A DNA stretch of 64,000 nucleotides from Candidatus Thalassarchaeaceae archaeon (GTDB lineage: Archaea; Thermoplasmatota; Poseidoniia; Poseidoniales; Thalassarchaeaceae). The stretch lies in assembly GCA_030749075.1 (NCBI GenBank), contig JASMKR010000042.1, positions 14,972 through 78,971 of the forward strand. Direction: 5' to 3'. This document shows, in pieces, positions 18,724 through 27,314 of the stretch (positions within the stretch are counted from its first letter, which is position 1; the number at the start of each line of letters is the position of its first letter). The position numbers and the translations under genes are program-made. The notes under the pieces were generated by a model. It made no database searches, was not told the DNA's origin, and worked only from the letters and a program-made list of their open reading frames with translations.

Positions 18724-20217
18724 GGCCTTTCCCTTGGATGAATCACCTCTGGTCCCCTCAATCATGAGGAGATAGTCCTCAGTGATGCCTCCGGTGACGT
18801 AGACCCCATCGAAGCAGGAGCAGTCTAAGTTGGCGAGATCGGTGTCGGCAGAGCCGAGGCAGGCCTCGACTAGGGCCCCAAGCTCCTGATAGATCAGCCA
18901 GTCGGCACCTATCGCCTCGCAGATCTCCTTGGCATCCTTGCCATACGCCACGTACTCGCTCCGAGCAGGCATGTCTATCCCGTACACATTGGGGTGGACG
19001 ATGGGGGGCGATGAGGACGCAAAGAGGACTTTGGCTGCGCCTGCTTCCCTAGCCATTTGGACAATCCTACGGGAGGTGTTTCCACGAACGATGCTGTCGT
19101 CAACGATAAGGATGGTCTTTCCCTGGAACTCCTCGTCGATGGTGTTGAGTTTCTTCCTGACAGAGTCCTTTCTTATCCTCTGCCCGGGCATGATGAAGGT
19201 GCGGCCGATGTAGCGATTCTTGACGAAGCCCTCGCGATAAGGTACACCGAGTTCGCTAGCAAGGCCTATTGCCGCAATCCTTCCGCTATCTGGAACAGGG
19301 ACCACAGCCTCTATCTCGTGGTCGGGAATCATCTTGATGATTCTCTTTGCGAGAGCCTCGCCCATCCTCAGGCGTGCTGCGTGCACGGATATCCCGTCAA
19401 TGACCGAGTCGGGTCTAGCGAAGTAGACGTACTCGAACACGCAAGGAGTGTGCACGGGATTTGGATGACAGGGCTTGGAGTGGAACGAGCCGTCCATTCT
19501 GATAATGACTGCTTCTCCAGGGGCGATGTCGCGTTCGGGCTCGAATCCGAGGGCCTTGCACGCCACGCTCTCCGAGGCTATCAGGCGCTCTGTGAAGCCT
19601 TCAGTGTCATTTCTCCCCATAAATAGCGGCCTGATGCCGTTCGGGTCGCGGAACGCAACCAACCCCCAACCCGTCACTAAGCAGACGACGCTATAGCTCC
19701 CCTCAGCCCTAAGGTGCGTTCGTTCTATTGCGCGGAAGATGTCGTCCTCGGAAAGTGCGCCCATACCCCCGGGCCGGCCGTTCACCGAACGCTGAACCTC
19801 GGCGGCAAAGAGGTTGAGCAGAGCCTCCGAGTCCGAGCTAGTGTTGATGCGTCGGTGATCGTACTCGAGAAGGCCACTGATGATGTCAGCAGTATTGTTC
19901 AGGTTTCCATTGTGAGCGAGGCTGACACCGAACGGGGTGTTGGTATAGAAAGGCTGGGCCTCAGCAGAGGAACTGGACCCAGCGGTGGGGTATCTGACAT
20001 GTCCTATTCCCATCGAGCCGATTAGCTTCCCCATGTGCCTGTCCCTGAACACATCTCGGACCAGCCCGTTGGCCCTGCGGTGACAGATGTTGTCTGAGTC
20101 ACTGGTCACGATACCGGCTGCGTCCTGTCCCCTATGCTGGAGAACGAGGAGGGCATCGTACAGGTTAGTGGCCACTTGGGAGCCCGGGTTCCCAACGATC
20201 CCGATGATGCCGCACAT
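18715..20217 (-). CDS. purF: amidophosphoribosyltransferase
   Basis: N-terminal MCGIIG nucleophile, ILIVDDSIVRGNT PRPP motif and C-terminal Cys residues. Confidence 0.92.
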   Translation of the reverse strand: MCGIIGIVGNPGSQVATNLYDALLVLQHRGQDAAGIVTSDSDNICHRRANGLVRDVFRDRHMGKLIGSMGIGHVRYPTAGSSSSAEAQPFYTNTPFGVSLAHNGNLNNTADIISGLLEYDHRRINTSSDSEALLNLFAAEVQRSVNGRPGGMGALSEDDIFRAIERTHLRAEGSYSVVCLVTGWGLVAFRDPNGIRPLFMGRNDTEGFTERLIASESVACKALGFEPERDIAPGEAVIIRMDGSFHSKPCHPNPVHTPCVFEYVYFARPDSVIDGISVHAARLRMGEALAKRIIKMIPDHEIEAVVPVPDSGRIAAIGLASELGVPYREGFVKNRYIGRTFIMPGQRIRKDSVRKKLNTIDEEFQGKTILIVDDSIVRGNTSRRIVQMAREAGAAKVLFASSSPPIVHPNVYGIDMPARSEYVAYGKDAKEICEAIGADWLIYQELGALVEACLGSADTDLANLDCSCFDGVYVTGGITEDYLLMIEGTRGDSSKGKASV

Positions 20218-20270
20218 CGGATACCAGAGGGCCCTCCGACCTTAGGGACTTAGCAGTTTCCGGAGTGGAG

Positions 20271-20456
20271 TCACTTCTTCTGCCACATGGACCTGTTGCG
20301 CTTGCTCCATCGAAACTTCCTGAGACGGGAGGTGCTCCCATAGCCGCAGTGTGCGCACTGGCCCTTCTGCTTGTGATACGAGTGCCGTCCGCACCTTCTG
20401 CAGCGAATGTGCGTGGACTTCTGCCTCTTACCCATGCTCGGGGTGCCCTTTGACAT
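20271..20456 (-). CDS. rpl37e: 50S ribosomal protein L37e
   Basis: [46 protein letters not shown] lies just upstream of three tandem ATGs. Confidence 0.92.
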   Translation of the reverse strand: MSKGTPSMGKRQKSTHIRCRRCGRHSYHKQKGQCAHCGYGSTSRLRKFRWSKRNRSMWQKK

Positions 20457-20523
20457 CATCATCCCTCCTAGGAACGACGCGGGCACCGGCCGACTTGTTA
20501 TGAGGGTTATCCATTGAGATGGC

Positions 20524-20886
20524 TCACTCGTCGGAGGTGGAAGGGACGAGGAGGGCCATTAGAGGGTCCTCGGGAAGCTTTCTCATGGTTATTTTGATGA
20601 GGTGGAAGGTAGCGAAGGCGAAGGCCAGTGGCAGAAGCGAGAGTATGCTCGCAACCGCATCTGAAAGGGCTCCCCTCGCAGCAGACATTGGCGAGCCATC
20701 GAAGAATGCTGTAGCGATGGAAAGTCCGACTAGGAAAGATGCTAGGCACCCAATCATCGGTGCCAGTGGCCGATGATAAGGATTCATAGAGGCGGCGAGG
20801 TGGATGGCAAAGTAAAACGAAGAGAGCATCATCCCTCCCGAGGCGATGGTCATAGCGGCTGATACCTCAATGATCACCCTCATCAC
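20524..20886 (-). CDS. small integral membrane protein, unknown function
   Basis: About 4 hydrophobic helices by eye. Overlaps the upstream membrane ORF by 20 nt. Confidence 0.45.
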   Translation of the reverse strand: MMRVIIEVSAAMTIASGGMMLSSFYFAIHLAASMNPYHRPLAPMIGCLASFLVGLSIATAFFDGSPMSAARGALSDAVASILSLLPLAFAFATFHLIKITMRKLPEDPLMALLVPSTSDE

Positions 20887-21451
20887 CTCCCAAACGCCTA
20901 GTCAGGATGCTTTTGACCAACCTGCCTTCATCGTCCGTCAAGGGGCTCGACTCCCCGCTGGCTCCCGAAAAACTCTCGGCGAGCCAGACCCCGAGGGTGA
21001 ATGCAATGATCCCCAACAATAGGCCCGGTAGTACCGAGAGGCCCGACAGGAGTCCAAAGGCCACAGAAAAATTGAGATCTAGGGAAATCAGAAGCCATGC
21101 CAAGGAAATCGAGGCCCATCCCAGAATCATCAGACCGGGGTCGGCCGAACCGTAGGTCGGTGCACCCCTGAGAACTAACAGGGTGCCTACTGTGGCGGCA
21201 GCTACCCATGGAAGGGAGGATAGCAGGGCATCGTGCATTGCCTTCTCGGGTCCAGTAAGCCCATCGGGCAGGAGGATGAACATGGAAACCCCCAGGAGCG
21301 CAATCGGGAGTCCGAAGCGACTCCTTTCGAAAGCGGGACCCGTCCTATGCAGGCAAACCCCCAGCATTGTGATCAGGAAGCCCGCCCATGCCCGAAGTTG
21401 GTGGTCGTCCATCGCCGATGGGTTGGAGTTCAGATTCATGTCGTTTTTCAT
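20867..21451 (-). CDS. integral membrane protein, unknown function
   Basis: About 5-6 hydrophobic helices with an acidic C-terminal tail. Confidence 0.5.
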   Translation of the reverse strand: MKNDMNLNSNPSAMDDHQLRAWAGFLITMLGVCLHRTGPAFERSRFGLPIALLGVSMFILLPDGLTGPEKAMHDALLSSLPWVAAATVGTLLVLRGAPTYGSADPGLMILGWASISLAWLLISLDLNFSVAFGLLSGLSVLPGLLLGIIAFTLGVWLAESFSGASGESSPLTDDEGRLVKSILTRRLGGDEGDH

Positions 21452-21545
21452 TGGCGTCGATCACCCGAGAGGTTCGATAATTGCTCGACATAGTCATATA
21501 CGGGCCATCGGTGGCTCGCGGCGCACATGGTGCGGAGTTGTCTGA

Positions 21546-21827
21546 ATGGTGAAGATGCCGAGAAAGGTCATGCGCTATAGTCCAGCCGCTGGCAAGCATA
21601 CAGAGCACACTGTTGAGCGCGTCAAGAAGAGGCGTGCCAGCGAACTCAAGTGGGGTCAGAGGAGGTTCCGTCGTGTTACCTCTGGATATCGTGGATTTCC
21701 CCGACCGAAGCCATCAGGCGAGAAGCCGACCAAGCGAGTCAATCTAGTATACCGGTGCACCGAGACAGGAAAGGCCCATTCACCCAAGGGGAAGCGGGCT
21801 AGGAAGTTCGAGCTCGTCGACAAGTGA
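21546..21827 (+). CDS. rpl44e: 50S ribosomal protein L44e (eL42) with a degenerate zinc ribbon
   Basis: KHTEHTVERVKKRRASELKWGQRRFRR...GFPRPKP...YRCTETGKAH is collinear with L44e. First gene of the L44e-S27e-aIF2alpha-Nop10 cluster. Confidence 0.9.
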   Translation: MVKMPRKVMRYSPAAGKHTEHTVERVKKRRASELKWGQRRFRRVTSGYRGFPRPKPSGEKPTKRVNLVYRCTETGKAHSPKGKRARKFELVDK

Positions 21828-21839
21828 CAGGTGTGAGTG

Positions 21840-22010
21840 ATGAGTGGACGATTCCTGAAGGTCAGCTGCCGTGACTGCGGCAACGAGTGTACGATCTTCG
21901 ATAGGGCCTCCACGACTATCTCGTGCTCCATCTGCGGCTCGACGCTGGCCGAGCCATCCAGTGGCATGGCTAACCTCACTGGCTGTACCGTCCTAGAGAT
22001 CCTGAACTGA
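21840..22010 (+). CDS. rps27e: 30S ribosomal protein S27e
   Basis: A 56-aa ORF below the track cutoff that I translated by hand: MSGRFLKVSCRDCGNECTIFDRASTTISCSICGSTLAEPSSGMANLTGCTVLEILN. It has a C4 zinc ribbon and the expected position after L44e. Confidence 0.9.
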   Translation: MSGRFLKVSCRDCGNECTIFDRASTTISCSICGSTLAEPSSGMANLTGCTVLEILN

Positions 22011-22023
22011 GCGAGGCGGCATT

Positions 22024-22812
22024 TTGGCAGCGGCTGCGGACGACTGGCCGGATGAAGGCGAGTTGCTCGTCTGCACGGTAAAGAACGTTCGCGAGAACGG
22101 AGCCTACCTGAGCCTAGACACATACTCTGGGAAGGAGGGCTTCGTCTTCATTGGCGAAATTGCAACTGGCTGGGTTAGGAACATCCGGACCCATATCAGG
22201 GAGGGCCAGAGGGTTGTGGCCAAGGTCATCGGGGTCAAGATCGAGCGGCAGAGTGTCTCCCTGTCGATAAAGTCAGTTTCCGAAGAGCGGCGCAGAGCCA
22301 CGCTCCAGTCTTGGAAGAATGAGCAGAGAGCCTCTCAGATAATGCGGGTCGCAGCGGGAAGAGTTGGTTGGACCGACGAGAAGGCGGAAGCGGTTTCCGA
22401 AGAGATGAGGGGGGCCTTCGGATCCCTTTATGGGGCACTCGAAGAATGCGCAATCAGCGAGGATGCGCTCGCAGATTCCGGTTTCCAAGGCTCTTGGATA
22501 GGCGTAGTCACCGAACTGGCCATAGAGAACATAGTTCCCCCATTCGTCGAAATCAGAGGCAAATTCGACATTGAGGTCTGGGGTCCTGAAGGAGTGGGTG
22601 CGATCAAGGATGCCCTCTTGTCTGCCGAAGCGTGCGCTGAAGGGGTGGAGGACGTGTTCCTGACCTGCCACTACGACGGAGCGCCACACTACAGGGTCGA
22701 TATCCGCGCTCCTGACTACCCAGCAGCCGAGTCGGTATGGGAAGCAGCCCAAAAGGCTGCTACGCAGAGCATCGGGTCTGTCGAAGGCTCGATAGCCATA
22801 GAACGGCTTTGA
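22024..22812 (+). CDS. eif2a: translation initiation factor aIF-2 alpha subunit
   Basis: N-terminal S1 domain (GELLVCTVKNVRENGAYLSLD...GFVFIGEIA) with conserved gene order. TTG start. Confidence 0.88.
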   Translation: MAAAADDWPDEGELLVCTVKNVRENGAYLSLDTYSGKEGFVFIGEIATGWVRNIRTHIREGQRVVAKVIGVKIERQSVSLSIKSVSEERRRATLQSWKNEQRASQIMRVAAGRVGWTDEKAEAVSEEMRGAFGSLYGALEECAISEDALADSGFQGSWIGVVTELAIENIVPPFVEIRGKFDIEVWGPEGVGAIKDALLSAEACAEGVEDVFLTCHYDGAPHYRVDIRAPDYPAAESVWEAAQKAATQSIGSVEGSIAIERL

Positions 22813-22875
22813 GCGCTCCCGTCTGGGGACGATACTTCATGAACCCCATCGAGGGGCTCGCCTACCGGACTAACC

Positions 22876-23088
22876 ATGGCGCGGACGAAGCTCCAACGCT
22901 GCAAAGAGTGCAGGGAATTCGGCTTGGGGCCGGAGTGTGCCGAATGCGGAGGTGCGATGGTCGCCGTAGCACCGCTGAAGTACTCGCCTGAGGATCCACA
23001 AGGAGCTAGGCGCAGACAGAGAGTGGATGCTGGAAGCGACGAGTGGGTCGAGTCCCTTCCGACGGCGAGGGAGGAGGAGAGCGAGTGA
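22876..23088 (+). CDS. nop10: H/ACA RNP protein Nop10 with an acidic tail
   Basis: CKEC...CAECGG zinc ribbon followed by APLKYSPEDP, and the conserved position after aIF2alpha. Confidence 0.85.
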   Translation: MARTKLQRCKECREFGLGPECAECGGAMVAVAPLKYSPEDPQGARRRQRVDAGSDEWVESLPTAREEESE

Positions 23089-23849
23089 ACAGGTCGCAGT
23101 TGTATTGGCTGGAGGGGCAGGGCCTCCCCAAGCACTGCACCATCATTGAGGCAGTGCCGGGCGTGGGAAACGTCGGGAAGCTGGTCATCGATGGCCTCCT
23201 GAGCAAACATCCATCCAGAACTCTGGGGTGGCTCCTGCATCCTGACTTCCCACCCCATGCAACCCTGAATAACGAGGGACTGATCAGGCCACCCCGCCTC
23301 GAACTGAGTTCGATCCTCCTTCCAGATGGGGGCACGGTGATTGCCATCAGCGGAATGATGCAGCCAATGACCGCAGCCGGCCAATTCGAGGTCTCCGAGT
23401 CGATACTTCGGCTGGCCGCGGACTCAGAGTCCACGCAGTTACTGATACTGGCGGGACTGGCATCTGGGCCGGAAGAACGCTCTATCCACGTAATCTGCTC
23501 TGATGCCAAGGTTCGCAGCAATCTCGAATCGGATGACATCACGGTCAGCCGGGGTCAGCCAGAGGGGGGCATGATGGGCATGGCAGGAATGATTCTCTCG
23601 CTTGCTCCAACTCGGGGTGTTCCAGCGATAGGTATCGCAGCCGATACCGTCGGCACCAGTGCCGACGTACTCGCGGCCGACAGGCTAGCCAAGTGGATCG
23701 AGGAGGCATTCGAAATACCTCTTGACTTGGACCTCGACACCACCGAGCAAACGGCGTTGCGCCTCTTGGAGGCCATAGACCCAACAGGATCCATAGAGGA
23801 TTACCTCGGAGGCGATGGGGCAGAGGTCTCGGCCGACTTCTACGTCTGA
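23085..23849 (+). CDS. PAC2-family proteasome assembly chaperone homolog (COG1938-like)
   Basis: AVPGVGNVGKLVIDGLL N-terminal motif. The GTG start overlaps the Nop10 stop (GTGA) and is preceded by GGGAGGAGGAG. The position after Nop10 is the conserved archaeal arrangement. Confidence 0.7.
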   Translation: MNRSQLYWLEGQGLPKHCTIIEAVPGVGNVGKLVIDGLLSKHPSRTLGWLLHPDFPPHATLNNEGLIRPPRLELSSILLPDGGTVIAISGMMQPMTAAGQFEVSESILRLAADSESTQLLILAGLASGPEERSIHVICSDAKVRSNLESDDITVSRGQPEGGMMGMAGMILSLAPTRGVPAIGIAADTVGTSADVLAADRLAKWIEEAFEIPLDLDLDTTEQTALRLLEAIDPTGSIEDYLGGDGAEVSADFYV

Positions 23850-23907
23850 TGGCAATTATATTGGATGTCAGAGGCTTTTTCTGCGTTAAGCCCTCTGTGT
23901 CAAGCAC

Positions 23908-24171
23908 ATGGCGGCGACTACTGAGGGTGCCTTCTCGGTGCGCGTCAACGGTAGGTTGGCCGAGGAGTTCGGTGTTTCGCGCCTGAGCGTCACCGTGCAG
24001 ACTCCCGCCACCATCCATGACGTGCTGGATGCACTTGGTTCGAAGTACCCCGAGTCCATCGGAACCCTTGGTGAAGCGATACCCTTCGTCTCAGGAAGTC
24101 ACAGAGGTGCCAATGAAGAATTGCAGTCGGGACAGGAGGTTACGCTCCTGATGCCCGCAGCAGGCGGATAA
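23908..24171 (+). CDS. MoaD/ThiS-family ubiquitin-like small modifier (SAMP-like), ends in Gly-Gly
   Basis: 87 aa of beta-grasp size with C-terminus GQEVTLLMPAAGG. Confidence 0.7.
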   Translation: MAATTEGAFSVRVNGRLAEEFGVSRLSVTVQTPATIHDVLDALGSKYPESIGTLGEAIPFVSGSHRGANEELQSGQEVTLLMPAAGG

Positions 24172-24191
24172 CGAGAATAGGAGAGGAATAT

Positions 24192-25493
24192 ATGACAGAA
24201 GAAGTAAATGGATGTGAGACAGTATATGTGAATGAATTCACAGATGGAGTGCTAGATCCCGAGAAGCCGATGTTGGGGCCGGTTCGAGACGGTGGGCACA
24301 TCATCGCGAACACGGCCCCGGGGTGCTGGGGCCCGATGATTACTCCCGAGCTGCGTGGCGGCCACGAGGTGTCGATTCCCGTCGCTGTGGAGGGGGCCAA
24401 GGTCGGCGATGCAATTGCGATTAGGATCAAGGATATCTCCGTGACCTCGGTGGCTACTTCGTCGGGCAACGACTACTGGGTGGACGGCCTCTACATGGGC
24501 GATCCCTACGTGGCCAAGTACGACCCCGACAACGACGAGTTGAATCCGGCTTCGTATGTAGAGGGAATCGGCGAGGATGCCGTACGATTCAAGTCAACTG
24601 GGAAGCCGGCCAGCCCGTTCAAGTTTACGAACGGCTACACCATCGCGTTCGATAACAACCGAAGCCTAGGCGTCACCCTCGACAAAGGGGCCGCAGAGAA
24701 AATCGCACACGATGCGAAGTTCTACGCTGCGATGCCCCAAAATGCAATCCAACACTCGATCCTCACCTTCGCACCTCACCATCTGGTTGGCCTCGTTGCT
24801 AGGCTGAGGCCGTTCATGGGCCAGTTGGGCACCTGCCCCGCGATAGCGATGCCGGACTCACATAACGCAGGGGACTTCGGCACGTTCCTCGTCGGGGCCC
24901 CCCACCCACAGGCGATAACCGCTGAGGATTTGCAGCATCGCACAGACGGCCACATGGATATCGATGCCGTTCGTGCCGGGGCGATTCTGATTTGCCCGGT
25001 GAAGGTAGACGGAGGGGGCATCTACATGGGCGACATGCACGCTATGCAGGGGGACGGGGAGATTGCTGGGCACACGACTGATGTTTCTGGCATAGTTACC
25101 CTGCAGGTCCACGTCCTCAAAGGACTGGGAATCGACGGCCCCATCATATTCCCGGTCGAGGAGGACCTCCCGTTCCTCGCCAAGCCGATCTCAGAAGAAG
25201 AGAGGGCCTTGGCTGAGAGCGTCGCTGGAAGTTGGGGTATGAAAGGGGTCGAGGACGCGGTGCCAATCTCGATAGTGGGTTCGGGGCCAGACTTGAACTC
25301 CGCGACCGAGAATGGTCTTGAAAGGGCTGCTGCGCTGCTGGATACTACCGTTCCAGAGATTAGGAACAGAGCCACCATCACGGGTTCGATCGAAATCGGA
25401 AGGCATCCGGGAGTGGTGCAGGTGACTTTCCTTGCTCCGGCTGGCAAGGTCGAGGAGTTGGGGTTGCTCGGCTTCGCCAATGACCAGTATTAG
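24192..25493 (+). CDS. acetamidase/formamidase-family amidohydrolase
   Basis: GDMHAMQGDGEIAGHT signature and N-terminal VGDAIAIRIKDI segment. AGGAGAGG lies upstream. Confidence 0.8.
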   Translation: MTEEVNGCETVYVNEFTDGVLDPEKPMLGPVRDGGHIIANTAPGCWGPMITPELRGGHEVSIPVAVEGAKVGDAIAIRIKDISVTSVATSSGNDYWVDGLYMGDPYVAKYDPDNDELNPASYVEGIGEDAVRFKSTGKPASPFKFTNGYTIAFDNNRSLGVTLDKGAAEKIAHDAKFYAAMPQNAIQHSILTFAPHHLVGLVARLRPFMGQLGTCPAIAMPDSHNAGDFGTFLVGAPHPQAITAEDLQHRTDGHMDIDAVRAGAILICPVKVDGGGIYMGDMHAMQGDGEIAGHTTDVSGIVTLQVHVLKGLGIDGPIIFPVEEDLPFLAKPISEEERALAESVAGSWGMKGVEDAVPISIVGSGPDLNSATENGLERAAALLDTTVPEIRNRATITGSIEIGRHPGVVQVTFLAPAGKVEELGLLGFANDQY

Positions 25494-27304
25494 GCTACTA
25501 GGACCTCCCCCGCGAATTCCGGCATCCGCATGCCCGACTCGCTGAAGGCCTCCTGAACGGTTTGGAAGGGCCTGTTGGAGCTCCTCGCTGCCTTTGCCCT
25601 AGCGCTCACGATTCTCCATGAGGACTTGCTGCCGATTCCGGGTATTGCCTCCAGCTGCTGCTGGGTGGCATTGTTGATGTCCAGCCCGACCTCGACGCCG
25701 GTGATGCTACGCATCCCGTGGTCGGTCACGAGGATGTCCGATCTGGTCTCAAGGGGGATTCTGTAGGGCACGCCGATGAGGATTGGGTAGGCTCCGATCT
25801 GCCGCCCGAATGTGACTCCCGATCTGCCGTGTATTCTCGGGTCCCTGTGTTCGGGGTCTGTAATCTGCTCCGGCCTCCTAATTCGGTCGTTGTGAGCCTC
25901 CCACCAGACCTCGCGCAGGATGGTGCCTGTTGGGAGCATCTCCTTGAGGAGCGGTCGGTCGATGGTCTCCCTGACCTGCCTCTTGAAGTCCCTGAAAGTC
26001 CGTTCGGGGACTTCTTGGAATCCCTGCCCCTCGACCTGTCTGATGTTGATTCGACGCAGCCAGAGGCCCTCGTCCCGGAGGCTCCTGAGAAGTTCCATGT
26101 TCATCGAATAGGTAGAGTTGGTCTCGCCATTGAGGCCGGCGATGAAGTTGAGGCCGGGGAGGAGCCTTGGCAGCCCCCTCTCGCCCTTGTCCCTGCCATG
26201 TTCGTTGATGAGTCGGACGGCCGTGCGAAGCTGGCTGGGGTCACAGTTGAGCCAGTTCTGCTTGTGCACAGCGGGGTCTGCGGACTCGAGGCCGAACGAG
26301 AGCACCGCACCGTCTGAGAGAGTCTGCACTAGGGTCTTGGTGATGATTGTGGCAGGCTCGAGGTTCTCTGCGACGATGGAGGGGTTGGCATTGTCGACGT
26401 GAAGGACCTCGAGGCGTTCGTCCTCGCGCAGGCCGTGCAGCACCCTAGCTATGGGTTCGGGATCAGGTATTGGGTACTCTATGTCCCCGGCCCCCTCGGC
26501 CCTGTAGGTGTAGATGTCGGTGGCACCCCCTATGCGGACGTTGCGAACGCCCGAATCCAATGCGGATCCGATCTCGGCGATGACATCCTGCTCGTGCCTC
26601 CATTGGGGAATTCCCTTCTTTGGCTCGATGCAGAACCTGCATCCGCGCTCGAAGCGAACGCATCCCTGGTAGAGTTCAACCTCGTAGGTGAGGGGGCCGG
26701 GGGAGCCGCCCGGAGATGTTAGATCTGGGTGAGCGGTGACTGCCTTGGAACTGGCTCCTGCTAGTGCCCAAGAGCCCCATTGCTCGGCAGTGCGCCTCGT
26801 GTTCTTCCAATTACCGGTCGCCACAAAGTGGTCTAGGGAAGCATCGGTATCCTGCACCGTGCAGAACAGGTTCTTCCTGAGCGGCGTCCAACCCTCGTGC
26901 CTCCAGTGCCGAATCGCCCATCCACCGCACAGCACTGGGCGGTTCTGGGGCAGGACGGACAGCACCTCGTCGAGTTCCCGCCTGCTGATCGGGGTTCCTC
27001 GGACATACTTCCCCGGTACCACTGCCCCAGCAAGGATGACTGCTCCCCGTATGTCCGCAAGCTCACGTCTGATTCCCTCCCGCGCTTGCTGGCTGGGGAG
27101 TTTGCCCTTGTGATGGATCCTCCACTGGTCGATTGTCATGTACGAGTATGGCTCCCCCCTGGTTTCGAGGACGCCGCAGATGTAGCGGATGTGAAAGCCT
27201 AGGTAATTGGGCACCCCGAAGGCAGCGGGCTCGTCCTCGTAGCCGTCGATTACAAGCCAGCCGTCCATGTTTTCCCACTCGCCGCATGACGGCGTGGACT
27301 TCAC
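25490..27304 (-). CDS. radical SAM superfamily enzyme with a C-terminal helix-hairpin-helix domain (COG1031-like), function unknown
   Basis: N-terminal LVIDGYEDEPAAFGVPNY, Cys triad GCVRFERGCRFCIEP, and C-terminal HhH QQQLEAIPGIGSKSSWRIV. Start is GTG 27304 or ATG 27268. Confidence 0.75.
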   Translation of the reverse strand: MKSTPSCGEWENMDGWLVIDGYEDEPAAFGVPNYLGFHIRYICGVLETRGEPYSYMTIDQWRIHHKGKLPSQQAREGIRRELADIRGAVILAGAVVPGKYVRGTPISRRELDEVLSVLPQNRPVLCGGWAIRHWRHEGWTPLRKNLFCTVQDTDASLDHFVATGNWKNTRRTAEQWGSWALAGASSKAVTAHPDLTSPGGSPGPLTYEVELYQGCVRFERGCRFCIEPKKGIPQWRHEQDVIAEIGSALDSGVRNVRIGGATDIYTYRAEGAGDIEYPIPDPEPIARVLHGLREDERLEVLHVDNANPSIVAENLEPATIITKTLVQTLSDGAVLSFGLESADPAVHKQNWLNCDPSQLRTAVRLINEHGRDKGERGLPRLLPGLNFIAGLNGETNSTYSMNMELLRSLRDEGLWLRRINIRQVEGQGFQEVPERTFRDFKRQVRETIDRPLLKEMLPTGTILREVWWEAHNDRIRRPEQITDPEHRDPRIHGRSGVTFGRQIGAYPILIGVPYRIPLETRSDILVTDHGMRSITGVEVGLDINNATQQQLEAIPGIGSKSSWRIVSARAKAARSSNRPFQTVQEAFSESGMRMPEFAGEVLVA

Positions 27305-27314
27305 GGCTTCGCCC

